64,000 bases of DNA, from contig CAWJXG010000002.1 of the NCBI GenBank assembly GCA_963846815.1, positions 457,799-521,798 of the forward strand, written 5' to 3'. The DNA comes from an uncultured Acidobacteriaceae bacterium (GTDB lineage: Bacteria > Acidobacteriota > Terriglobia > Terriglobales > Acidobacteriaceae). Position numbers and translations under genes: made by a program. The notes under the pieces were generated by a model. That model did no database searches, was not told the origin of the DNA, and was given only the letters and a program-made list of their open reading frames with translations. Below are positions 18,801 through 27,235 of this stretch, piece after piece (position 1 is the first letter of the stretch; every line of letters begins with the position of its first letter).

Positions 18801-19768
18801 CTCCGCCTCCGGGATCGACAGCGAAAACCAGTCCTTACGATTACGTAACGTCCGTGATCTATCCCCAGTGCGGACAGACTTGTAACCAGTCCATCTGGTC
18901 CGCCCCCTGCACCACACCTGCCTGCTTCGGTGTTCCCCTGTATCGGCAGTATCTAAACCAGGATGAGATGGACACAAAGCCCTTTATCCGCATGGCATCG
19001 CAAGCCATCGGCCAGCGCAGCAACCTGACTCCCAACAATGGCAGCTTCTACATCGATACCACCCCCACCTCGGCCGACCAGCAGAGCTTCGCGCAGAAGA
19101 ACATCTTCCAGCCCAGCCAGACGTATTACGTCTTCCTGATGTACGCCAAACCCAGTACCACGCAGACCTACTCCATCTACGTCGGGCCGGGCTTTAACCT
19201 GGGCACCGATGTGGTCGCCGTGCGTATGCATCAGACCGGGACCAACGGCCAGGCAATTTCGTTTGACGACACCACGATGCCCAGCACATGGCAGCCCGGC
19301 TACAACGCCAACAATGGCGTGCTGACCGTCACCATGTCCATGAACTTCTCGGATTTCCAGAACGAGTACAACGCCGGGAAAGACGCACGGTGCCAGCCGC
19401 AGAACTTCTGCTCCTCAAACGGAGCCACCTGCGGCTGCAAGCTCTCCTCCGATGATCCCCTCTATAAGGACTGCAAAGACATCTGCTCCACCGGCGCCGA
19501 TCCTGATTGTCCGAACGGCGTTTGCACCGGTTGGGCTTCCAAGGACGTGGATTGTCCCGAGGGCGGCTGCTGGGGCTTCCGCTTCACCACCACGCCGGGA
19601 TTCACGACGGGCACAAAAACTGGCTTGCCGCCAACTCCCGGCTGCTACGACACCAGCACCCGCAGCCCGTGGAACATTCAATTCGGCCGGCACGACATGG
19701 ATTCGAAGGAGCAGTGTTACTACGCGAATCTGCCAATGATCCAGCAATGCAGCGGCACGAAACCTTAG
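15875..19768 (+). CDS. large secreted G8-domain / right-handed beta-helix protein with Cys-rich C-terminal half
   Basis: Signal peptide MRIVSRCLPILLAGLFCLGVVSQCHA (ATG 15875). G8-like segment: YGNVNIIANGALMFDDVKVDFWAKNILVENGGSLLAGTSRPIGTNGGSLTIHLYG...GGTLKLFG...TSWARLNASV...VDWKPDDQIVLTTTD. This is followed by GQGGKIMHYPVHFHMA, as in CEMIP/TMEM2-type proteins. A sigma70-like TTGACA...TAACAT lies about 100 nt upstream. Confidence 0.8.
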   Translation: MRIVSRCLPILLAGLFCLGVVSQCHADDCPNGILPPGTGQDIVISVSCTVDGSAPNGLYQYGNVNIIANGALMFDDVKVDFWAKNILVENGGSLLAGTSRPIGTNGGSLTIHLYGPDQGEGGKGIECVSDSKGQCGIPDNIWESNGNQKVCLNGKEANCSDGILDYFYQYMPIDYDNGDPQAYFGYKVLGVSYGGTLKLFGAKGATYTNLPVSSSGTSWARLNASVTTTSKTLTLDRVVDWKPDDQIVLTTTDYLPGHSEQLTVTSNTVQGNYSVIGFRETLLYPHNGQQFPIPSDVPSGVGPDPDPNVPPCNAANPVQRCVDTRAAVGLLTHSIRIVSGGDALGQAFPAASTHYYFGGHTVFRQGFKQLQIQGVEFAQMGQGGKIMHYPVHFHMARIVPSDTYVGDSSINESMTRWIVIHSTQGVLVARNVGWESIGHGFYLEDGTEAYNKFYSNLGIFARAAVMAANDAAEKYNPRHVPGILAAAYPSVGSPQEQVPYHSDVDHPTGFWIMNGWNDFGYNHIAGAGTCGLCYWLVPGYISGASRSEKWDGYAGEQNSLAMAGTTPLKSFVGNSCSTAMMSFNTVGDTADCNGVVNSPNPNEPRLIPVPSPAPAIRDPKADAYYPKVSGGGGRFATECPNGDCSQVTARCDNGQQEHCAVTILDHFTSSFSWAQTNFGSIWFRPQWYLYINSALTDVQNGGLTIVTGGGYTASDSIFGHWALAKKDVFIGNTQANTSDYASNAGPVTPTSGLKCAKQNTGAISGSQCLVRDGQGKEETVPLQVAGFSVNQRLLNIYDGPAYESSNAFLNITSTPISGCKDGICGDSYGANSMSPGMPKDVTGQCYLPNAAIGWKQPNGFFYPPAFHSQNLFFENVNIRHFVIEPLFVTGSYKTNQSAVIGRYCSYPGINTDGSGGLFNGFTDIDRQTELSDDDGSLTGLQSTNLPLHGGTISVNEDTFFNAPVETGECASDIKTAPPPGSTAKTSPYDYVTSVIYPQCGQTCNQSIWSAPCTTPACFGVPLYRQYLNQDEMDTKPFIRMASQAIGQRSNLTPNNGSFYIDTTPTSADQQSFAQKNIFQPSQTYYVFLMYAKPSTTQTYSIYVGPGFNLGTDVVAVRMHQTGTNGQAISFDDTTMPSTWQPGYNANNGVLTVTMSMNFSDFQNEYNAGKDARCQPQNFCSSNGATCGCKLSSDDPLYKDCKDICSTGADPDCPNGVCTGWASKDVDCPEGGCWGFRFTTTPGFTTGTKTGLPPTPGCYDTSTRSPWNIQFGRHDMDSKEQCYYANLPMIQQCSGTKP

Positions 19769-19863
19769 AGCGAACTGGATATCTGTTGGCCGGCCTTCCG
19801 GCGCGTCTGTGAACTCAAGCACGCCTTATGTCATGACTAAACATTTAACCGGGTTAAACATAT

Positions 19864-20790
19864 TCAGGCGGAAGTGCTGAGATCAATGCCGCTGGCTTGC
19901 TGCTCATCCGTAGTGACCGCCCAGGCCATGCGCGGAGTATTGTGGGCCAATCCAAAGCGGCCCTTGCTGTCCACGACGATGATACCGCCGTGTCCATTGA
20001 GGCGCTTCTTCAGATAGGCGAGCGCACGTTCGGCTGCTTCCTGGGGTAAGACGCCTTCTTCCACGCGGTCCGCGGTCCATTTGGCGATGACGAGCTTCAT
20101 CATGGGCTCGCCCCAACCGGTGGTCGAAACCGCTGCGCTCAGGTTGTCAGCGTAGCAACCGCAGCCTATCAGCGAAGAGTCGCCGACCCGCCCGGGAGCC
20201 TTGTTCAGGGTGCCGCCGGTCGAGGTGCCCGCGGCGATGTTGCCGTGTTTGTCGAGAGCCACCGCGCCCACAGTGTCGTGATAAAGCGAGGCCGCGCCGA
20301 ACTCCTCCGGCATCGTGAGATAGCTTTGCTTCTTGGCTTCGCTCAGCCGCTGCACTTCCCGGTCAATGACCAGCGCGTCGTTCGCCACCAGTTCGAGGCC
20401 GTGCATTTGCGCAAAGCGTTCGGCGCCGGTCGAGACGAAATACACGTGCGGGCTCTCGGTGAGAATCTTCTTGGCCGCACGAATGGGATTGCGGATGTGC
20501 TCCACGCAGCCCACGCCGCCGGCGCGCAGGGTCGCGCCTTCCATAATGCAGGCATCGAGCTGCACCCGGCCATCCATGTTGAGAAACGAACCGCGCCCGG
20601 CGTCGAAGGTCTCGTCTTCTTCCATGACGACGACGGCCGCTTCGACGGCGTCCAGGCAAGTGCCACCCGCGCTGAGGACCTTCCAGCCTGCGTCTGCCGC
20701 GGCGCGCACACCGTGCATGTGCGACTCAATGGCGTCGTCGGGGATAGCCCAGGCGCCGCCGTGGACCAGCATGATAGGTTTCGCGCTCAA
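19864..20790 (-). CDS. iaaA: isoaspartyl peptidase / L-asparaginase (Ntn hydrolase)
   Basis: 308 aa. HGGAWAIP..., DAG(R)GS, and the autoprocessing site HDTVGAVALDKHGNIAAGTSTGG are typical of plant-type asparaginases. Confidence 0.85.
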   Translation of the reverse strand: MSAKPIMLVHGGAWAIPDDAIESHMHGVRAAADAGWKVLSAGGTCLDAVEAAVVVMEEDETFDAGRGSFLNMDGRVQLDACIMEGATLRAGGVGCVEHIRNPIRAAKKILTESPHVYFVSTGAERFAQMHGLELVANDALVIDREVQRLSEAKKQSYLTMPEEFGAASLYHDTVGAVALDKHGNIAAGTSTGGTLNKAPGRVGDSSLIGCGCYADNLSAAVSTTGWGEPMMKLVIAKWTADRVEEGVLPQEAAERALAYLKKRLNGHGGIIVVDSKGRFGLAHNTPRMAWAVTTDEQQASGIDLSTSA

Positions 20791-20988
20791 TTAAGACCCG
20801 CCGGGTAAAGAATTCGTTGGAGGCAAACTCGACAGGATAACATTACGTGCCGTCGGTGTACGAAAGCAGCGGCCTGACGTATTCCCCTCGGAGTTCGACG
20901 TTGCTCCGGAACAATCCCCGCCACAGGATCGTATGCAACAGGTAAGAGCGGGAGGTCTGTCCGGCCTCCGCCGTCACGGGAAACTCAT

Positions 20989-23472
20989 ATGCTCCTGCAG
21001 GACCTGCGCATCGCCGTTCGCCGTTTACTAAAGGCACCCGGCTTTTCCCTGGCCGCCATACTGATGTTGGGATTGGGAATCGGCGCCACGACCGGCATCT
21101 TCTCCATCGTCGAGAGCGTTCTGTTGCGGCCATTGCCGTTCCCGCAGCCCCAGAATCTGGTTGTGCTATCCGACACTCTGCGGGGTGTCGAGATTGGTGG
21201 GGAGGACGAGGTAGGGGTAACGCCGCAGGACATTCTGAACTACACGCGCGACACCCACTCCTTCACGAGCTTGGGGGGTTACCGGTCGGCAGAGTTCGAA
21301 TTATCAGGCGAAGGCGAGCCGGCGCAGGTTGACGCCGAGCGCATGACCGCCGGGGTCTTTCCCGCTCTCGAAGTGGCGCCCGCAATGGGCCGCTTCTTCA
21401 CCGGGCAGGAAGACGAGCAGAAAGAACAAGTCGTGGTGCTCAGCTACGCGCTCTGGCAAAAGCGCTTCCAGGGTGATCCTCACGTGATGGGCAGCAAGGT
21501 TCTGCTGGATCGCAAGCCGTATGTGGTGATCGGCGTGATGCCGCGCAATTTCGAGTTCCCGCTGCGGCCCGGGCAGCTCGACCGGGCGGAGCTGTGGGTG
21601 CCCATGAGTTTCACTGCCGATGAGTTGGGACCATCCGGCGCCGCCTCGTGGAGCTATCACATGGTGGGGCGTCTCAGGCCGGGCGTGACCGCGCAACAGG
21701 CCCGGGACGATGCCGGGCGCGTGGCGCAGGAAACCATGCGCAACTATCCGGCGTTCATGGCAAGCCTGCACATCTCCGCGGTGGTGCATTCGCTGCATGA
21801 GGAAACCGTTCGGGAAGCCCGCTCGCTGTTGCGCATTTTGTTCCTTGCCATTTCGGTGGTCCTGCTGATCGCCTGCGCCAACCTCGCCGGACTTCTGCTG
21901 GTGCGCGCCATCCGCCAACGGCGCGAGATTGCGGTGCGCCTCGCGCTGGGAGCAGGCAAACGCGCACTCTTGCGCCAGGCCATCCTGGAGAGCCTGGTGC
22001 TTAGCGTGGCCGGGGGGGTTCTCGGCCTGATTGCCGCAGCGGTTGGCTTGCTGGTTGGCAAGAACCTGTTGCCGGAAACCTTGCCCCGCGTTGCCGAGAT
22101 CGGACTCGACTGGAAGGTCATTTGCTTCGCATTCGGGCTCGCCGTGTCAACCGGAATCGTCTGTGGCCTGGCTCCTGCCTTTGCGGCTATTCGTACCAGC
22201 GTGAACGAGACCCTGAAGCAGGGCGGTCGCACCGGCACGGCAGGTGGCCATGCGCGGTTGCGTTCCGCACTGGTGATTGGCGAGATTGCGATCGCCCTGG
22301 TGCTGCTGGCAGCCTCCGGGCTGCTCTTGCGCAGCTTTGAAAAAATGCGCGCGGTGGAGCTGGGCTTCCGTCCCGATCACACGCTGACCGCGTCCTACTC
22401 CCTGCCGCGCAATCAGTACGGCACACAGGCAAAGGTCGACGAGTTCAATCGCGAGCTGTTGCTTCGGGTGCAGCAGCTTCCGGGCGTGCAATTCGCGGGG
22501 CTAACCTCTCTGCTGCCGGATGCGGGCGGCGACAGCAACAGCACGTTCGTAGTCGAGGGTTACGTGCCGTCGAAAGGCGAGGGCATGAACCTGGCCACGC
22601 CGATGCGAGTGGAGGGCAACTACTTCCAGGCGATGGGGATTCCGCTGCTGCAAGGGCGCTTTTTCACTGAGGCCGACACTGCGAGCTCGCAACTGGTCGT
22701 CATTATCAATCACAAGTTCGCGCAGCATTACTGGCCCGGCGAAAGCCCGCTTGGCAAACGGATGCGCTTCGGCACACAGGAAATGGCGACGCCGTGGCTG
22801 ACCGTCGTTGGCGAGGTGGCGGATGTAAAAGAGGGCTCGCCGGACGCTCCCGACAAGCAACAGTTCTATCAGCCAATCAGGCAACTGGAAGCGGCGATCG
22901 GTCCGCTGGGGTCGCCCACCGATCTGGTCGGTGACTCCGGCTACATCGCCCTGCGCACCTCCACGCCCCCGGAGCAGATGACCAACCTGTTGCAGACGAC
23001 GGTGCGCTCCATCGATCCGCAACTGCCGCTCGCTGAAGTGCAGACCATGGAACATGCTGTCGCCGATAGCGAAGCGCCACGCCGCTTTAATACTGCACTC
23101 ATCGCATCCTTTGCAGGCGCAGCGCTTCTGCTGGCGGCCCTCGGAATATACAGCGTCATCGCGTTTTCGGCGGCACTTCGCGCCCAGGAGATGGCAGTGC
23201 GAATCGCGCTTGGCTCACAGCGCTCAGGCATTCTGAACATGGTATTTGCCTCGGCGGTAAAGCTGGCGGTTGTGGGTTGCGCCATCGGACTGGTGGGCAC
23301 CTTAGCCGCATCGCGGCTGCTGCATTCCTTGCTGTTCGGGGTCAGCGCCTACGATCCGCTTACGTTGCTGGCAGCAGTCGTATTCGTGCTGGCGCTGGCT
23401 ATGGCGGCCTCCTGGCTGCCTGCGCACCGGGCGGCGTCGGTCGATCCAATGAAGGCGTTGCGCGCCGACTAG
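20989..23472 (+). CDS. ADOP-family duplicated FtsX/MacB-like ABC permease (orphan, no adjacent ATPase)
   Basis: 827 aa. N-terminus MLLQDLRIAVRRLLKAPGFSLAAILMLGLGIGATTGIFSIVESVLLRPLPFP, plus two MacB-periplasmic + FtsX modules. This is the hallmark acidobacterial duplicated orphan permease architecture. Confidence 0.85.
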   Translation: MLLQDLRIAVRRLLKAPGFSLAAILMLGLGIGATTGIFSIVESVLLRPLPFPQPQNLVVLSDTLRGVEIGGEDEVGVTPQDILNYTRDTHSFTSLGGYRSAEFELSGEGEPAQVDAERMTAGVFPALEVAPAMGRFFTGQEDEQKEQVVVLSYALWQKRFQGDPHVMGSKVLLDRKPYVVIGVMPRNFEFPLRPGQLDRAELWVPMSFTADELGPSGAASWSYHMVGRLRPGVTAQQARDDAGRVAQETMRNYPAFMASLHISAVVHSLHEETVREARSLLRILFLAISVVLLIACANLAGLLLVRAIRQRREIAVRLALGAGKRALLRQAILESLVLSVAGGVLGLIAAAVGLLVGKNLLPETLPRVAEIGLDWKVICFAFGLAVSTGIVCGLAPAFAAIRTSVNETLKQGGRTGTAGGHARLRSALVIGEIAIALVLLAASGLLLRSFEKMRAVELGFRPDHTLTASYSLPRNQYGTQAKVDEFNRELLLRVQQLPGVQFAGLTSLLPDAGGDSNSTFVVEGYVPSKGEGMNLATPMRVEGNYFQAMGIPLLQGRFFTEADTASSQLVVIINHKFAQHYWPGESPLGKRMRFGTQEMATPWLTVVGEVADVKEGSPDAPDKQQFYQPIRQLEAAIGPLGSPTDLVGDSGYIALRTSTPPEQMTNLLQTTVRSIDPQLPLAEVQTMEHAVADSEAPRRFNTALIASFAGAALLLAALGIYSVIAFSAALRAQEMAVRIALGSQRSGILNMVFASAVKLAVVGCAIGLVGTLAASRLLHSLLFGVSAYDPLTLLAAVVFVLALAMAASWLPAHRAASVDPMKALRAD

Positions 23473-23530
23473 CCATTCGCCACCACGTGGCGGCGCCGCA
23501 GGCGAATCCCAATCGCGATAGAGTATCTCC

Positions 23531-23755
23531 ATGGGCGATCTCGGCCGCATGCTGGTGTGGGTTGGTGGACTGATCCTGCTCTTTGGGCTGGTGTTGATCC
23601 TGGCCGGGAAGCTCAATCTGCCGGTTGGACGGCTGCCGGGCGACTTTACCTGGCGTGGCAAAAATACAACTGTGTACTTTCCCCTGATGACGTCGATAAT
23701 ATTAAGTGTCATCCTGTCGCTGGTGCTGTATTTTGTAAATCGGATGGGAAGATAA
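23531..23755 (+). CDS. DUF2905 family small membrane protein
   Basis: 74 aa. LVWVGGLILLFGLVLILAGKLNLPVGRLPGDFTWRGKNTTVYFPLMTSIILSVILSLVLY matches the DUF2905 pattern (GRLPGD). Confidence 0.7.
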   Translation: MGDLGRMLVWVGGLILLFGLVLILAGKLNLPVGRLPGDFTWRGKNTTVYFPLMTSIILSVILSLVLYFVNRMGR

Positions 23756-23808
23756 AAGAAGTTTTGATTTCCAAGGTTCGGGCGGGAAACTGGTTTCTAG
23801 GAGAAGTC

Positions 23809-24045
23809 GTGAAACGCCGATTACTTCCAATTCTGTTGCTGCTCGCCTGTGCTACAACCTCATACGCATGGGGTCACTCCCATGAGCCACAAAATCTCAC
23901 CAAGTCTCAGAAGCAGGCGCTGAAGACATCAAAGAAGTACAACAAGAAACAGGCCAAAGCCCAGAAGAAAGCAATCAAGCAGGAGAACAAAGCCGCGAAG
24001 AAATACAACCGGGAACACGCGACGCATACAACCACAACTGGCTAG
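23809..24045 (+). CDS. small secreted Lys-rich protein (hypothetical)
   Basis: GTG 23809 is preceded by AGGAGAAG. The product has a signal-like KRRLLPILLLLACATTSYA followed by a KKxxKK-rich tail. The longer ORF 23557-24045 overlaps the DUF2905 gene in another frame. Confidence 0.5.
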   Translation: MKRRLLPILLLLACATTSYAWGHSHEPQNLTKSQKQALKTSKKYNKKQAKAQKKAIKQENKAAKKYNREHATHTTTTG

Positions 24046-24054
24046 CGATTCCCT

Positions 24055-24639
24055 CTACTCTTCCCCGAACACCTCAGCCGTGAAGGCTTGAATCTCCGCC
24101 CCCCGCCGCCAGGCGTCCGGGGCGAGGCCTGCCTTGACGCAGGTTTGGGCGAGGAACGTTTCGCGGTCCCAATCCCATTCCACTGGAACCTGCGGCAGCA
24201 GCAGCCCGCGACGCGACCCTGCAGTCGCAATCAGCCCGTGCTTGCCGATCACGACTTCTTCAGCGCGAATCGGCCGGGGTACCGAGAGGACGCTGATTTC
24301 GATCTGGAGATACGGCGATTCTTCCCCGCTAACAGGCTGGAAGCGCGGATCATCAAAGGCCGCGGCCCGCGCGGTTTCGGCCACTGTCTGGTACAGCGAC
24401 GCGACCGGCAACACATACCCAATGCAGCCGCGCAACTCCCCCCCCAGATGCAGGGTGGTGAACGCCCCTCTGGATTCGGCCAGATGCTCGCTCGGTGGAG
24501 TGGTGTCCATCGGCTGCTCGGCCAACGCGGATTCAATGGAGCGGTGCGCCAGGCGGAGCAAAATCCCGCGCTCATCGGGCGAGTATTCGGGAGTCCCGCT
24601 CACCAATCCCAGCGATCCCTTTTCAGACGACGGGAACAT
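24055..24639 (-). CDS. AMMECR1 domain protein
   Basis: LRGCIGYVLPVASLYQTVAETARAAAFDDPRFQPV is the AMMECR1 core motif. ATG at 24637-24639 (MFPSSEKG) is preferred, and it overlaps the pgsA 3' end by 17 nt. Confidence 0.8.
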   Translation of the reverse strand: MFPSSEKGSLGLVSGTPEYSPDERGILLRLAHRSIESALAEQPMDTTPPSEHLAESRGAFTTLHLGGELRGCIGYVLPVASLYQTVAETARAAAFDDPRFQPVSGEESPYLQIEISVLSVPRPIRAEEVVIGKHGLIATAGSRRGLLLPQVPVEWDWDRETFLAQTCVKAGLAPDAWRRGAEIQAFTAEVFGEE

Positions 24640-25276
24640 CGTTGCGCTTCCTGCGACGGCTGAGGACAAACGAACGGCGACGCCGGCGCTTGACCGAAGT
24701 TCGGTCGATCTTGCTCCAGAAGGCAATAAAGTAATCGGCAGCCGAGATGAGCGATATAGCCACCATGACCCAGATCGAAGCGATAGCAATGGGATACACG
24801 GGCAGGCTGAGGAAGTACCAGGGCAGGTGGGCCCAATGGTGGTCAACGATGGCGGCCACCACCGTGATAATCTGCACCAGCATTTTCAGCTTGCCCAGAT
24901 CGCTGGCCTGGATGGTAAATCCCTCCGACGCCGCGATAGAACGCAAGCCGCTCACCAGGAACTCGCGCCCGATGATGATCACCGCCATCCAGGCGGGCAC
25001 GATCCGGGGATTGAACTGCACCAGCGTGATGAAGGCGGCGGCGATCAGCAGCTTGTCGGCGACCGGATCGAGCAGCATGCCCATGGTGGTGACCTGCTCG
25101 CGTTTGCGGGCCAGGTAACCGTCAATGGCGTCAGTGATGGAGGCGGCAATGAAGATGAACGAAGCGATAAGCTCACGTTCGCCGTTGCTGGAACTGAACC
25201 AGCTGCTCGTCAGCACCCAGATGAGCACCGGGATGCTGAAGATGCGGGTCAACGTGATGTAGTTCGGGAGGTTCAC
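24623..25276 (-). CDS. pgsA: CDP-diacylglycerol--glycerol-3-phosphate 3-phosphatidyltransferase
   Basis: MNLPNYITLTRIF... and DAIDGYLARKREQVTTMGMLLDPVADK (the CDP-alcohol phosphatidyltransferase motif), with multiple TM segments. Confidence 0.9.
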   Translation of the reverse strand: MNLPNYITLTRIFSIPVLIWVLTSSWFSSSNGERELIASFIFIAASITDAIDGYLARKREQVTTMGMLLDPVADKLLIAAAFITLVQFNPRIVPAWMAVIIIGREFLVSGLRSIAASEGFTIQASDLGKLKMLVQIITVVAAIVDHHWAHLPWYFLSLPVYPIAIASIWVMVAISLISAADYFIAFWSKIDRTSVKRRRRRSFVLSRRRKRNDVPVV

Positions 25277-25390
25277 AGGAACACGGGTACAACCGCCGCG
25301 CGCCGACAGTCCGATTATCGTTCAGCCGCAACGAGCAAAGCAACTTGGGAATACAGGCTGGAAGGAAGAATCCGGTTTTGCCGGTTCCGG

Positions 25391-25648
25391 CTAGGGGGCG
25401 CTGTCTTCGTGATGTACCGCGATCTCGTCCAACATGGCGGGAGCCTGGTAGCGCTCCCAGTAGCTGTAACCAACCGGCAGGCCTTTGATCCAGTCGGCCA
25501 GGTTCATGGCAATTCGGAGCGGGCGTTGCAAGGGGCGGCGGACAGCCTCCACCGGATGAAGCAGGCTGGCCATCACAATGCAAAGCAGGATCACAGGGCT
25601 GACGACGGCAATCAGGAGAAACCGCAGAATGCAGACCAACCGTACCAT
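25391..25648 (-). CDS. hypothetical small membrane protein
   Basis: ORF 25391-25684. An ATG at 25648 lies 6 nt after GAGG. The product has one TM segment (LVCILRFLLIAVVSPVILLCIVMASLL) and GC3-rich codons. No family recognised. Confidence 0.35.
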   Translation of the reverse strand: MVRLVCILRFLLIAVVSPVILLCIVMASLLHPVEAVRRPLQRPLRIAMNLADWIKGLPVGYSYWERYQAPAMLDEIAVHHEDSAP

Positions 25649-25751
25649 GCTCATCCTCAAACAGGTCCCACGGAAGGGAAACACGCTTTGTCTACATTAT
25701 GCCTCCGTTGTGGGCTCGATTCCGAGCTGCTCCCAAAAAATAATTCTTGGC

Positions 25752-25787
25752 AAAAAGAGAGAAGCGGCCCCCGGGTAAGGGCCGCCT
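25752..25787 (-). terminator. intrinsic terminator downstream of gdhA
   Basis: On the minus strand, GCGGCCC-loop-GGGCCGC is followed by TTCTCTCTTTTT. Confidence 0.55.
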
Positions 25788-25812
25788 TTGACTCTCGATT
25801 ACCAACCAGTAA

Positions 25813-27081
25813 CTATGCGTAGAAGCCGCGTTGACGGATGGTGAATGCCACCCGATCGATGGCCAGCATATAGGCCGCAATGCGGTTGTTCACATGGTGC
25901 GTGTCGGCGTAGCGAACCACGTCCTCGAAGCCGCAGACCATGATGTCCTTCAGCTGGTCGTTGACCACCGACTCCTTCCAGAAATAGCCCTGGCGGTCCT
26001 GCACCCACTCGAAATACGAGGCGGTGACGCCGCCGGCGTTAGCCAGAATGTCGGGCATAACGAAGACATGCTTGTCGGCGAGAATGTCGTCGGCAGCCGC
26101 GGTCGTCGGGCCATTGGCGCCCTCAACCAGGACCTTGGCTTTGACCTGTTCGGCGTTGGCGGAGGTAATCACGTTCTCGGTCGCCGCCGGAATCAGGATT
26201 TCGCAGTCGCCTACCAGCAAGTCCTCGGTTTTGGCCTTCTCTGCGCCTTTGAAGCCGTGAATCGTACCTTCCTTCTGGCGGTACTCCCACAACGCATGGA
26301 GATCGATTCCCTTCGAGTTATACAGACCGCCGTCCCACTCGCCGATGCCCACAATCTTGTACCCCGCCTCGTGCATGAGGAGAGCCGCGTTCGAGCCTAC
26401 ATTGCCGAAGCCCTGGATGATGACTCGCGTGTTTTCGCGGGTCATGCCCAGATGCTTGATCGACTCGTCGCAGATGATCATCACGCCGCGGCCCGTGGCT
26501 TCGCGCCGCCCGCGCGATCCCCCCATGCTGAGGGGCTTGCCGGTGACCACTGCGGTTACCGTCTGGCGCATGTGCATGGAGTAGGTATCCATCATCCAGG
26601 CCATGGTTTGCTCGTTGGTGTTGACGTCGGGAGCGGGAACGTCCTTCTCCGGTCCGATGAAGTCGACGAGTTCGGCGGTGTAGCGGCGGGTCATGCGCTC
26701 CAGTTCGCCGCGCGACATGTTCTTGGGATCACAGATGATGCCGCCCTTGGCGCCGCCAAAGGGAATGTTGACGACCGCGCACTTCCAGGTCATCCAGCTC
26801 GCCAGCGCGCGCACTTCGTCGAGCGTCACGTCGGGGGAATAGCGGACGCCGCCCTTGGCCGGTCCCCGAGCGATGGAGTGCTGTACCCGATAGCCGGTAA
26901 AGACCTCGATCCTTCCGGTATCCATGGCGACGGGAATATGAACGATGATTTCGCGATTAGGCTGTTGCAATACGCGCCACAACCCTTCGTCGAGCTTTAA
27001 TCTTTCGGCGGCTTGATTAAACCGCGCGGCTTGCTGCTCCCAGGGATTCTTCTCCTGTTCGAGCATGAATGACGTTTCCAT
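25813..27081 (-). CDS. gdhA: glutamate dehydrogenase (Glu/Leu/Phe/Val dehydrogenase family)
   Basis: [16 protein letters not shown] catalytic-Lys region plus a GFGNVG Rossmann motif. Start METSFMLEQ at 27081 is preferred over the 5'-extended ORF. Confidence 0.9.
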   Translation of the reverse strand: METSFMLEQEKNPWEQQAARFNQAAERLKLDEGLWRVLQQPNREIIVHIPVAMDTGRIEVFTGYRVQHSIARGPAKGGVRYSPDVTLDEVRALASWMTWKCAVVNIPFGGAKGGIICDPKNMSRGELERMTRRYTAELVDFIGPEKDVPAPDVNTNEQTMAWMMDTYSMHMRQTVTAVVTGKPLSMGGSRGRREATGRGVMIICDESIKHLGMTRENTRVIIQGFGNVGSNAALLMHEAGYKIVGIGEWDGGLYNSKGIDLHALWEYRQKEGTIHGFKGAEKAKTEDLLVGDCEILIPAATENVITSANAEQVKAKVLVEGANGPTTAAADDILADKHVFVMPDILANAGGVTASYFEWVQDRQGYFWKESVVNDQLKDIMVCGFEDVVRYADTHHVNNRIAAYMLAIDRVAFTIRQRGFYA

Positions 27082-27235
27082 AAGTTCTCCAAGTTGATTC
27101 CGAGACGCTTGCAGCGCCAGAGGGCGGCGGACTTTGGCAGGCAGGCGCCACTCATACGGCAGGCAAACCTTCAAAGTATATGCAGGGGCCAGTGCCCGCG
27201 CAAGGAGAGGCAGGCGCGATAGCAGCTCTTACTGT

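Noticed and set aside
19830-19862. Palindrome TTTAACC-G-GGTTAAA between the G8 gene and iaaA.
   Set aside because: A 1-nt loop rules out an RNA hairpin. It is a single occurrence with no flanking context, so a regulatory site cannot be argued from sequence alone.
20791-20988. Expected PadR-type regulator upstream of the ADOP permease.
   Set aside because: The 198-bp spacer has no credible ORF in either direction. The permease is simply orphan here.
24134-25822. 562-aa plus-strand ORF spanning the AMMECR1, pgsA and small-ORF loci. Similar long ORFs occur at 28528-29889 (453 aa, minus), 42943-44196 (417 aa, minus), 4646-5695, 25831-27000 and 44890-45861.
   Set aside because: All lie antisense to genes with unmistakable family signatures (pgsA, trpE, pheT, accC, gdhA). 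Their translations are Arg/Ala/Gly/His-rich and low-complexity, typical of shadow frames in high-GC DNA. No motifs were recognised.
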